A DNA stretch of 64,000 nt from Amphiscolops sp. MND2022 (Eukaryota). Location: positions 49,414,001 to 49,478,000 of the forward strand of contig OZ076421.1 of the NCBI GenBank assembly GCA_964187785.1, in the 5' to 3' direction. Position 1 is the stretch's first letter. The number at the start of each line of letters is the position of its first letter. Below the pieces are notes generated by a model that saw only the letters and a list, made by a program, of their open reading frames with translations, did not search any database and had not been told where the DNA came from. The position numbers and the translations under genes were made by a program. Shown here in pieces: positions 10,151 through 21,171 of the stretch.

Positions 10151-13149
10151 CAGAATTCTGAGAAATGGACCTAAGAGGAGCCGAGACACAAACGTTTATC
10201 CAAATATGGAATGATTCATATAGTATAGAATTAGTTATGACATTTTCGAACCAACTGATTAATTTTGTAGATAAGAGTTTTGTTACTTTCCGAAATTATA
10301 TTTTTTACTGAAAAATTTTGCATATAATTCATTGATGGCTTTACTTGGACCATATTTTTCATCCCCCCCCCCCCCCAAGTCACCGCGTTAGAGTTTATTA
10401 TCCCAGTGTTTGCACCCATGCCAAATTGTTTCATTCGTACAAGGAATGTTTTCACGCAAAAAAGTTGTTTTGGCGTTGGGGGTGGGGATGACAAACAAGG
10501 TGTAACTTGGGGCTGGCGGTTGTATTTGCGGTCACCTTTTATTTCAAATTTTAAAACCCAAGCTAAATACATGTCAGAAAAATGTGTTCAGTTGTTTTCA
10601 CCATAGTATAACCATGTTCTACCCATGTAACAACCAAGTTATAACCAAGTTATAACCATAGATTCTTCATATTTAAAGTTATTAAAAAATGAGGTTATTG
10701 CGTCTCATTTCGTCTTTTGTCCGCTGTTAACTATCGTAAAAGATCCAAACTGTTCAGCAAAAAACTCAGCAACAAACTCACAAAAAAGTCCCGAAACGCC
10801 CAACGGGTGCCTTTTGTGCTCGGAAAACGCTTCAGAACTTCGGATAGAGAGTGCTGGCCCACATGGGGGCGTTTTTTAACCATCGGCTTCCTACTTAGTG
10901 AAACGCAACTTCTTTCGAATTCGACGTCATAGTTCTGATTTTGCGGAATATTTTCGAACCTCGACTTTTGTTGCCTCTTCAAAATGGGACGAATTGTCGC
11001 CGCCCAACCGAGATCCCTTACTACTTTGCACGTACTTACAACGTCTATTCGCACCTACTCGGTTTTCACTGGACACACAATGATTACGTCCACGGCACTC
11101 GTATATTCGTTGATGACCCAGTCGGTCTATTTCAGCAGTCGAAGCAGTGCTGAGGAGTTTTGTTCCTCCGGTGAAAAAAATAAAACTAGAAAAATAGATT
11201 CGTTCTTCATCCGTTTCTATATACTTCGATACTTCGTAATTTTTTTCAACACTTCGAAACACCACAAAGTATGAGTTTCCTACTTCGACGAAATAGTACT
11301 GTACTTACAGTACTGATGCCTTCTCTTTGATTGTGTCGATCGGAAATTCATTTTATAAACTCTGATTTCAGTTCGGGTGCCAAAAAGATGAGGAAATCGA
11401 CTAATTTCTCTACTACCACATCTATGCTTAATTCAGAGGGCTAACTACCTTCAAAGGAAAAGTTTCCTGCATTAAAAACTATGAAAGGCAAACGCTTGAG
11501 AAATGAAATGATAGAGGTCGGAGATTTTTGATCCAGTCAAAAACAAAACTTTAGAAATTGCATAGTGGTAGAATTTTGCTCGAGATTCGACAGTTTGAAG
11601 ATTTAGTTTGTTTCTTCCAGTATACGATAGTGCATTTGAATTTCTCTGCATTGGACCCTGTTACACCTCACGGACTCATCAAATGCGTTCAAGAATTTTA
11701 AAATACGAAAAAAAAATTTCTGATCAAAGATACCAACTTTTGTCGTAATGTGCTTCGTACATTTGAAACACTGGGTTCTTCTTGTTTGAACTCTGGCACT
11801 CGATTTATCCCAGGAGCAGAATACAATAATTGGTAAATCCGCTTGCCATAAAATCAAACCAGAGTTTCATTTTATGCAAAAAACACAATCCAAATGAAGC
11901 AAAAATTGTAAGTTTGATAATTTCTGCACGCTGGGTTAAAACACGACTTTCGAACAATCAAGTTTCAACTTGCTTTTCTTCCTTCGGAGGTTTAAGAATT
12001 TTCTCCATTTCAAGCTTTCTCAATCGTGTTTTAGTTTCAGTTGAAACTTGTTGATCGTTGTGCGGTTGCAAATGCGTTCGGAAACCATAAACAAAGTCTG
12101 AAAAACATGTTTGTGGTGAGACGTAAATTGATCTAAAATTATCATTAAAACTCGGAATTATTCAAGGTAGTTTCTTGAAATTGTTAATCGAAAATTTTGT
12201 ATCAGGCGATTGGTTTCGATCGAACGAATAGCGTTTGAAACAATTTCAGGAAAACGTTTGAAAGTTTTTCTGGTGTAGTAATTACAGTTAACTCCTACAG
12301 ACAACTGTGAGAATAAAAATGTACATTGGTGATATTGATATAAACAACACATGATACAAAACTAAGTTTAACTGCTTGAACTTTTTACGTATTGCTGGTC
12401 TGTTGGCAAGGCCGTTTTTAATAAAATCTATGGAACTCCTGGATAAAAATCTTACAGCATCAGACTGCATATTTCATTATTGCAGTTAAAATCAGCCACG
12501 TTTACCATTTAGTTGCCGGCACAATCACGTTGCAATAACGCTTTGATCATCCAACTACTCATATAAAACAATCACTGCATCTTTGAATTACTTTTGAGAT
12601 GTGTTTGCAGTTTGTTACGTAAGCAAAGTTACTTTGGAGTAAAATGACAGTAAAGTTAAGACTTACCAGCGGTGTTTAAAAACAGAACTGATGCATAAAA
12701 AACCGGCAAAGTTTAATGGTTTCAGATTACAATAGGAACCCGGTTTCCTATTGAGTTTCCTTGGAAATTTTAGGGAATCATAAAAGGAGTAAATTTAGAG
12801 TTGTTTTACTTCAAAACACATTGAAAGTTCAAGCAATTCCAACAAGGTTGGACCCACATACGACCCGACTATAATATGCAAACACTGCGACCCACGACCC
12901 CAGCCGCTGGCTATCTTCGTATAGTTTCACATCATTTTGCCCGATTCGAAAAAAGTGATCGGTTAGAACTTTGATCGTCATTTGATATTAGGTTACTCAA
13001 AGTTCACAAAAACAATTGTGGCCTCTAACCAACGGGTCGACCCCAGAGGTGTGACTCGCTTTCAAAAAATTGCTACTCGCTATTGCCGCTAATTTGCTTA
13101 TCGCTACCGCTAATGATTTTTCCGATCGCTACCGCTAACGCTATCATGA

Positions 13150-14036
13150 ACAAGCCGGGAACGGCCCAAGTCGGCGTCATATCTAAGGCTCATTAATTGT
13201 AACGTCCAGCAAAAGACGTTACAAAATTTCGATGAAAAATTCAAAATGTGCGATATCAAAATAATATGCACAAAATCAAGCTGGACGACACGGCAGGTAC
13301 TCGAAATTGAAAAGGAGGATGAAAAGGAGAGCTCTAATTGAGGAGACCCCTTAGACGTCTGGAAAAGTCCCTTTTAGGAAACGATTTTGGGAGAAAAACT
13401 GATGTCTAGTGCTGTAGTAAGACAACGGTCTCCTGTTTAAGCACCCCAGGCATCGTCCCACTTCTACGATGTGCGCTACTAGCTACACGTTACAAATATT
13501 CAAGGAAAAACTCAACCTATTGTGAAATGTTTCATTTATTACACAGTGCCGAAAAATCACGAAACTCGAAAACTTTTTTTCTGCACTGGAAACATCAGAA
13601 AAAAACTTGCCTGTGACAAATGTTTAAACTTTTCAAAAAAAGGATTTGGTAAAAAAGACGCATAATGCCGAAAAACCCAAAAAGAGTCCCTTCAGCCTCA
13701 TTAAACGTTTTTTCATAAACCGACAACTTCAAAATACTTCAAGGGGGTACCCTTTGATAGAATTAAAAAAAAATCGGAAAAAAAGTCGCATAGTGCCAAA
13801 AAACCAAACGGGAGACCCTTTGGTGTGCCCTCTACTTTTGAAAACATTTAAAAAACTTGTGTTCTAGAACGAGACTCGAACCCATGCTCTCCTGCTTCTG
13901 AAATTCTGAGGAATAGTTGGCGAAGGAGTTGAACAATTGAACAAAAAAAGTAGACCGATCGCGTTGAACTGACACAAAAAACTAGCCACTGTAAGAATCG
14001 TACATTGTCTTGGAAAACGCCGACTGAAAATAAGAA
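13150..14036 (-). mobile_element. Interspersed repeat nested in the hAT element (B-box-like word, hairpin + CTTGT end)
   Basis: Terminus ACAAGCCGGGAACGGCCCAAGTCGGCG is the reverse complement of a near-identical terminus at 17400-17427; GGGTTCGAGTCTC on - near 13870-13885. Right boundary approximate. Confidence 0.55.
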
Positions 14037-14051
14037 CGATGAAAACTCAAG

Positions 14052-14249
14052 TTAATCAGTTTGATTATACTTAATCATCATTATATTTGACAAATTTTTA
14101 GGAATTCGCCGACTCCTTTTTGCAGGTGTTAAAGCGCCTGCGAGAGAAAAAAGGTGTTCCATTGCAGCACTTGTTTGTACAGAGGACAAAATCGTTTCTA
14201 TGAGGTCTGCTAACGTATTCGTTTCTGGGCTTCCCCAGTGATGATCCAA
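14052..14249 (-). pseudogene. hAT transposase C-terminal dimerisation domain remnant
   Basis: ILSSVQTSAAMEHLFSLAGALTPAKRSRRIPKNLSNIMMIKYN resembles the hATC consensus LsipatSa.sER.FS.ag...t..RsrL. Confidence 0.8.
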
Positions 14250-14274
14250 ATCACGTTAGTGACCGCGGGGAGAG

Positions 14275-14395
14275 GGAGGAATGAACAAAGGCAGGATGAA
14301 CAAAGGGGGATGAACAAATGAATAACAGGGGGATGAACAAAGGAGGGATGAACAAATGAATAACAGGGGGGATGAACAAAGGAGGGGGGAATGAA
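14275..14395. repeat. GGATGAACAAA-core purine-rich minisatellite (second copy about 15614-15735)
   Basis: About six ATGAACAAA cores separated by G runs and TGAATAACAGGGG. Confidence 0.85.
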
Positions 14396-15390
14396 TTGAG
14401 ACCATAATGGCTGAATTGAGTTATACCAACGCTATCTCCCGCTATTGAAATTTCAATGAGCTAATAGCGATCGCTATCGTTGGCTAATCGAATTCAGCTA
14501 ATAGCGGCGCGATCGCTAACGCTATCACACCTCTGGTCGATTCATATCCCGCTTTTTCCTTACACTGGAAACACGCATGGGCCCAACCCTGATACTTTGG
14601 TAGAGTTGTTAGTGGGTTAGTTTGAATAAATACAAAAATGAACTTCACGAATCAAAGTAGATTAACAATTCAAGTAATTTCCACTCTAAAACGAGTACTA
14701 GTCAGCTAATGTGTCGAAGTTATCCATGCTAAAGAAGGTATCAATCCCTTATTTTCATCTCGAAAGATTATATGAAGTGTTTAGCAGGAATCTTTGTTGG
14801 GTCGTAAAAACCTGTTATTGGATTTTGTTGTGAGTGACTGGAGTGAAAGTGTTTAAAAGAGCAACAGTTTCTTCAGCCATTGCTACGCCTGATTAATGTT
14901 CATGTCGTTCATTCCATCATTTCAACATCTATCTCTTGATCGTCTACCTGAAATGAAAATTGAAATTGCTTTCGCATTCATTAAACTCAATTCAATGGAG
15001 ACTATCTAGTGCAGTCAAAAAGTTCCACGAGCCAATCGTTTCCAATCCTGGTCAGTTTATTTATTTCCATTGAGATCGTTGCATAGCAAACCTAACGAAA
15101 CCAGATAATGGTCCAGATATATGCTGCGAAACCAAACATTATGGTTAGTTTGGACAGTTTGAAGTAGCGGCATCCACACTGCTGAAGTTCATAGACTCGG
15201 CAATAATTTCATTTTTTTCTAAAGGCTAGGGTTCCAAAATCCTGCCACGCGTTTCCGTAAGTGCATCCGAAGGAGATTAAAGGTCCACATAATCCTTCTA
15301 AGGTTTTTCAAACAACCATTTCGTTCCGTCACTAATACATCGAAGAAAAAATGTTCAGTAAAGTTTGAGGGGAATATATCAGAACTCAAG

Positions 15391-15588
15391 TTAATCAGTT
15401 TGATTATACTTAATCATCATTATATTTGACAAATTTTTAGGAATTCGCCGACTCCTTTTTGCAGGTGTTAAAGCGCCTGCGAGAGAAAAAAGGTGTTCCA
15501 TTGCAGCACTTGTTTGTACAGAGGACAAAATCGTTTCTATGAGGTCTGCTAACGTATTCGTTTCTGGGCTTCCCCAGTGATGATCCAA
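15391..15588 (-). pseudogene. Duplicate hATC remnant
   Basis: Translation identical to 14052-14249. Confidence 0.8.
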
Positions 15589-17269
15589 ATCACGTTAGTG
15601 ACCGCGGGAAGAGGGAGGAATGAACAAAGGCAGGATGAACAAAGGGGGATGAACAAATGAATAACAGGGGGGATGAACAAAGGAGGGATGAACAAATGAA
15701 TAACAGGGGGGATGAACAAAGGAGGGGGGGAATGAATTGAGACCATAATGGCTGAATTGAGTTATAACAACGCTATCTCCCGCTATTGAAATTTCAATGA
15801 GCTAATAGCGATCGCTATCGTTGGCTAATCGAATTCAGCTAATAGCGGCGCGATCGCTAACGCTATCACACCTCTGGTCGATTCATATCCCGCTTTTTCC
15901 TTACACTGGAAACACGCATGGGCCCAACCCTGATACTTTGGTAAAGTTGTTAGTGGGTTAGTTTGAATAAATACAAAAATGAACTTCACGAATCAAAGTA
16001 GATTAACAATTCAAGTAATTTCCACTCTAAAACGAGTACTAGTCAGCTAATGTGTCGAAGTTATCCATGCTAAAGAAGGTATCAATCCCTTATTTTCATC
16101 TCGAAAGATTATATGAAGTGTTTAGCAGGAATCTTTGTTGGGTCGTAAAAACCTGTTATTGGATTTTGTTGTGAGTGACTGGAGTGAAAGTGTTTATAAG
16201 AGCAACAGTTTCTTCAGCCATTGCTACGCCTGATTAATGTTCATGTCGTTCATTCCATCATTTCAACATCTATCTCTTGATCGTCTACCTGAAATGAAAA
16301 TTGAAATTGCTTTCGCATTCATTAAACTCAATTCAATGGAGACTATCTAGTGCAGTCAAAAAGTTCCACGAGCCAATCGTTTCCAATCCTGGTCAGTTTA
16401 TTTATTTCCATTGAGATCGTTGCATAGCAAACCTAACGAAACCAGATAATGGTCCAGATATATGCTGCGAAACCAAACATTATGGTTAGTTTGGACAGTT
16501 TGAAGTAGCGGCATCCACACTGCTGAAGTTCATAGACTCGGCAATAATTTCATTTTTTCTAAAGGCTAGGGTTCCAAAATCCTGCCACGCGTTTCCGTAA
16601 GTGCATCCGAAGGAGATTAAAGGTCCACATAATCCTTCTAAGGTTTTTCAAACAACCATTTCGTTCCGTCACTAATACATCGAAGAAAAAATGTTCAGTA
16701 AAGTTTGAGGGGAATATATCAAAAACAAATCGGAATACGTGTCAGGCTTTGATGATAGTAAAACACTTGCTCAAAGAAAATCTTGAAGTTAGGTCATCAA
16801 TTTTTACTGTGAGCTCTGAAGAATCAAATCATATTGACACTTCCAAAGGTAGTGGTCTATATGAGGCCTGAAATTGCAGTGAAGCGTTTACTGAGTTGAA
16901 ATGCTGTCTACGAACAACTCTTCCGTTCATTTCGCAATACGATGTTACTCCGACATCATGTCAATCATAGTACGAATCCTTACTTGCTCGTAGCCAATTC
17001 TTAGCGTGATTGTGGTATCATCAAACTGTTACCGTTACAGAATTGCAATGAAGGTGGAACGAGGTATTCTTATTAGTCGGTGATTTTCTAGAGAAACGAG
17101 TCGACTATAGTCATGGCTTTCCGTCAGTGTTTATTTTTCGATACACCTGAAGTGACCAAAATAGTTCTACAAGTTCTACAAAATTTTATGGTGTGAAATT
17201 GGACCATTTGGCCTAGCGAACTCTACCAAAAGTTTTTCCTTTTTATCCGCGTAACATACATTACCGGCT

Positions 17270-17427
17270 GAGACTATAGGGTCCCCCTTCCAGTTTTTTC
17301 GGCATTGTGAGACTTTTTTTCAAAAACATTTTCGGGTGCTGTAGAAGAGAGTACTTTGATACTTTGAAGTCCTTTTGCTATTTTTGAGGTTTATATATTG
17401 CGCTGACTTGGGCCGGTCCCGGCTTGT
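17270..17427 (+). mobile_element. Terminal fragment of the repeat family seen at 13150
   Basis: Ends GACTTGGGCCGGTCCCGGCTTGT (GCCGG/CCGGC hairpin then CTTGT). Left boundary approximate. Confidence 0.6.
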
Positions 17428-17448
17428 TTTAAAAGTTGAGAGATATTG

Positions 17449-17662
17449 TCAAATTACTTGTTCTCCAACGTCAGTAGAAGCCACTGATTCCAGGTCATCA
17501 ACGGTGTCTTGATATCTGTCCTCAAACAGTGGAAGCAGGTCAATCAGGGTGGCTGGTTCCCCTGCATGTATCATGCCACGTCTGAATTTGTCATAGGCAG
17601 ATGGACCTCGAGCCAGGACGTGTTTCACTAGTTCCCAGTTTCTGTCTTGGTTGGATTTCAGA
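17449..17662 (-). CDS. Terminal exon: C-terminal half of a CARD domain plus acidic tail
   Basis: TTTTCCAG acceptor, phase 2; NQDRNWELVKHVLARGPSAYDKFRRGMIHAGEPATLIDLL matches the CARD helix 4-6 pattern (compare caspase-2 [23 protein letters not shown]); TGA at 17449-17451. Confidence 0.85.
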
Positions 17663-17844
17663 CTGGAAAATGAAATAATTTCAGGAAAAACTTCCCAAAA
17701 AATCATATTTTTCGAAAGTGCTAAAAATGCTCCTCTTCAAAATTCAAGTGCGATTGTTCCAAATTTTAACGGATACTCGCAACAGTTTTGTCCAAAATGA
17801 AAGAACTCGCCTAAACGCATGAAAGGTATGAACAAAAATATAAC

Positions 17845-17974
17845 CTGCGTATTTCAATAGCCTGGGCCATTGTCATTTGTCCTTTAGAGACCAAGTAGCT
17901 ACAGATTTGGGAGGAATTAGTCATCTCTACTTCAAGTTTATACAAAGCTTTCTCCAGTGCAACTTTCCGTTTAT
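17845..17974 (-). CDS. CARD domain exon, N-terminal half
   Basis: TTTCAG|AT acceptor (phase 1), CAG|GTTATA donor (phase 2); 130 nt giving (D)KRKVALEKALYKLEVEMTNSSQICSYLVSKGQMTMAQAIEIR(S), in frame with the next exon and forming CARD helices 1-3. Confidence 0.85.
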
Positions 17975-18926
17975 CTGAAACACGTAAATCATTATCTAAG
18001 CTTTCACTGATGTGCCACAGCCTTCAACCTTCAACCGTAAGCTACTGAATTATCTGCTTTCATTCGGATTGTACTTCAACTTGAACCGATCGAAGAGACA
18101 TATTAGAACCATTGAAGCCAGACTCTTGAACACTCGACATTTTAAGGCCAAAGAATTGGCCCAATTTCTGTAGACGGAGACAAGCTTTCATTTAATCTAA
18201 TAGTGGATAAAACAGCTAGCAGATTATACTTTCAGCGAGCATTCGTTAGCGCCCTGGTTGGAACTGCTCGAACTTTTCACATGTTTTGTAGGTTGCTGAG
18301 CTAATTTTCCATGATTTTATAAAATTGTCAAAGAAACTTCACTGAATCGATTCAATGTTATCAAGCTGTCTGTCTATAAGATGCATCTTAAACTTGGCGG
18401 TAAAGTTTAGCAGGTTTTATTAAAACGCTGTTCCATTTTTGAAAGCAGCTGAGAACTTCATCAAATTTCAAAGCAAATAAACTTCGGTCACATTATAAGT
18501 TCCAAAATCAGACGGGCTCAACAGACATTGATTTGGTAGCTAATTTCTCATTCTTTGGTGAAACCACAGACTGAAGAACACAATGGAGGACGACTTTAAA
18601 TGATACCCACCTAGGAGTTTATCTTATCGGGAATGTACTGTTAGCTTTAATGCATTTGTGTCCTAGATTTCACTGAGTTTCAAGTTTCCCGGTCGTTGTA
18701 GTGTGCAATGCTGTGATTACGCTATATAGTCGTCAACAGAACCTATATATTCGTGATTATGCAAGGTTATGTATTATGTTTATGTTTGGTTTTGGTCTGC
18801 TTCAAAATTTACACTTACGTTATAGTGAAACTCAGAGTTTTCATTCAATGCAACTTTTTCGATCGAACTTTGTCCAATATTACTAACAAGTGAAACCTGC
18901 TTTTTCTCGAAGATCTTTTCTCTTTG

Positions 18927-19758
18927 GGTCTATTGTCCTGATTCTGGGTGGATTGGGTTGGTTGTTGTGGTTTCTGGTTGGCGGGTTTTGATTGTGCTTC
19001 TTCTCGGAGTCGTTTTCTGCATTCCACCCATTTGTGTCCATGTATACCGCAGTGACGGCATTGACCATCGAACTTCCTCTTCGTTTCCCTGTTTTGTTGG
19101 GGTTGAGCGTTTGGTGTCTGAGGTGTGGCCGTCCTTGATTAAGGTGCACTCATCTGATTGATGGGTTGTGCACTGGCCGTGTTTGGGAGGAGTTGTGCGT
19201 ACTGACATCTGGGTTGCACGAACGTTCGAATCTCCTCCATCGTGGCGTCATGTTTGCCCGCCATTGCCAGTTCATTCTGCATGTGCACGGGAAGCTTTGC
19301 GAACAAAAATGTCTCCGTTATGTCGCTGGATGTCTCCGAAGGCTTGTTTCGCTACTTTCTCAAATTTGTTGACAAAGTCACTCTTTTTTGAAGTAACGCA
19401 AGACTTGCGCTCATGTCGTCTGATTCGTTATTTTCAATGACTGCCAGACGTCATCACGGAGCAGGCGTTGAAAAAAAATATGTCAGTTTTTGCTCTTCTG
19501 ACAATTTATGCTGGTGTGCTCGGAGGTGATCTAGCAAGAGGTGCTCAAATTCGTTGTATTTTTCTCTGTTCCCTCTGAAGAGTGGGACTTGGGTTTGGAG
19601 AATTTTCGGATGTTGGACCTTGTCTGTCATGGTATCCCTCATGTGGTGGATTTCGGTGACAATATCCTCAGTTTGGTGGGCAGATGACTGAGGGTACTGT
19701 GCAGTGGGTGGTTGTGGTGGATTCGTATGCGCGTTGCTGGTGGACGCTCCTGTCACTA
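18927..19758 (-). mobile_element. gag: Truncated second internal unit (gag remnant) of Gypsy family A following the LTR
   Basis: Homologous to 35315-37096 with deletions; PQPPTAQYPQ...PLFRGNREKYNEFE and zinc knuckle CRHCGIHGHKWVEC; PBS copy mutated TGG to TAG. Confidence 0.85.
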
Positions 19759-20729
19759 TGTCGGAGCGGATCTCATGTCTTGTTGAGACAGTGTTAAGGT
19801 CGTTCCCTTCTCTATTGCTAGAGCTAATCTTCTTCTTTACTACCAAAAGTAAGTTTGTCAGCTCATTTATCTGTATGTTCATCTCAGAAAACCATTGATT
19901 TACAGATCGTTGTTCAACCATGTTACGACTATTTAACAAACCGCCGTTATCGAATTCGCTCATTTGTTCTCTAGTAAGAACGTCAGGCACACTGTCTTCA
20001 CTCTAAGCATCACTGTATCTATCAGTTCCGTTCGTGTTCGTTGAGATATTTCTAGCTGTTTGCGATCCAGTATTAACCATAAAGGAAAAATACTGGAATT
20101 TCGAAGTTTTATTGATTTATTGTAATGAGAAGGTTTAATGTAAGTATGATGATGTTGGTATTACACGAATACTGATGAGGTTAGCAACTGTACTTGGTAA
20201 CTTCACAAAGTCTACTGGTGGCGTTCTCGCACCTGTTGTTGAGTATGTCGATGTTGGTCACGTGACCACATCGACCAATCATATTGCAGCATTTTGGTAG
20301 TTTTCATCACACTTCTATCAGTAATTGCGCAATTTGAGTTTAAATTTAAGACTGCACTGAAATATAATGTACTTGTGTTACTATGATTACATGACTCACT
20401 AATTGGTTCGGCACTGTGATGTGGGTATGCTACCAACATCGTATGAGCAAATGGTTTATATGAGCAATGGTTATTTGGCTGATTGCAATAACGTGAAATC
20501 TGATAACGGTGTATCACCCACATCATATAATGTATCGTGAAGTTGATTTGAAAGATGCATGCAGAAGGCGTATGATTATCGTTGAGAAAGAGAGGAACTA
20601 TTTAGGAACTAAATATGAATGACATATTTGAAAAGTTTGAGTTTAAGTTTGATAATGGAGTTCGGTTAACTACATTCTTTTCCTTTCGTCTATGCTTCTG
20701 TTCAAAAATGTCATACCTCAGGCATGACA
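19759..20729 (-). mobile_element. Family A LTR (3' LTR of element A, also heading the truncated unit); inner boundary inferred
   Basis: Homology with 37097-38068 (roughly 90-93% by eye) stops exactly at TGTCATGCC; inferred end CCGACA; 971 bp. Confidence 0.7.
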
Positions 20730-20736
20730 ATCAGGG

Positions 20737-20746
20737 CCTCTTTTTT
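20737..20746 (-). promoter_or_regulatory. Polypurine tract of element A
   Basis: AAAAAAGAGG, followed by CCCTGAT and then the LTR start TGTCATG. Confidence 0.6.
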
Positions 20747-21171
20747 GTAAGGAAGTAGGCGGCTGAGAAGGTGAACGAACGAATATATTAGGATGGAAAT
20801 CGGACACTGCACTCGGGTTTGACAAGTTGAAGTCAGCTGTATTGGAGATTGAAGGCATAGATGATGTCGTTGTAGTAACCACATTGGTAGTGGCTAGTCG
20901 GCTTCGTATTCCGAGTAGTCGGATTAAAAATTATTTGCGAGTTAGCAAGCGAGAGGAAGGAATTGTAGTCGTGCATTTCTTGTTCAACTTCTGTAACGAG
21001 TAACTAGTGAGTGAATGTGGCGGCAATAGCCACGTCATCCAATCGTGCGCATTGTTAGTGATAGTGGTGTTAGTCGGAATTGAACTGGCCGGAAAGTAAT
21101 TTAACGTGGCAGCGTAAATAACTACTAGGCTGGTCCAGGTATTGATTCAAAGTAGATTACTGTGGACATTC

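Larger units (their letters stand above)
13044..14535 (-). mobile_element. Non-autonomous, internally deleted hAT DNA transposon
   Basis: 11-bp TIRs CAGAGGTGTGA (13044) / TCACACCTCTG (14525-14535); flanks GTCGACCC and GTCGATTC are a 6/8 match consistent with an aged 8-bp TSD; many subterminal CGCTA/TAGCG words at both ends; hATC remnant inside. Confidence 0.85.
14044..16721. repeat. Tandem duplication of ~1339 bp (14044-15381, 15383-16721) containing the hAT 5' end plus ~850 bp flank
   Basis: Identical 65-aa ORFs 1339 bp apart; second TIR copy at 15866-15876; copies nearly identical. Confidence 0.97.

Noticed and set aside
10941-11153. Faint Merlin/IS1595-like word (HG..IFVDDP)
   Set aside because: Too short, no DDE context and no TIRs identified.
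11600-12470. Possible additional minus-strand gene
   Set aside because: Only short ORFs, no consistent exon chain or recognisable domain.
13865-13890. tRNA gene
   Set aside because: Only a B-box/T-arm-like word; no cloverleaf could be formed.
18060-18140. MSSVQESG... as first exon of a CARD-only gene
   Set aside because: No convincing phase-1 donor, whereas the 38292 donor is strong, in phase, and gives a known domain architecture. Not fully excluded as an alternative start.
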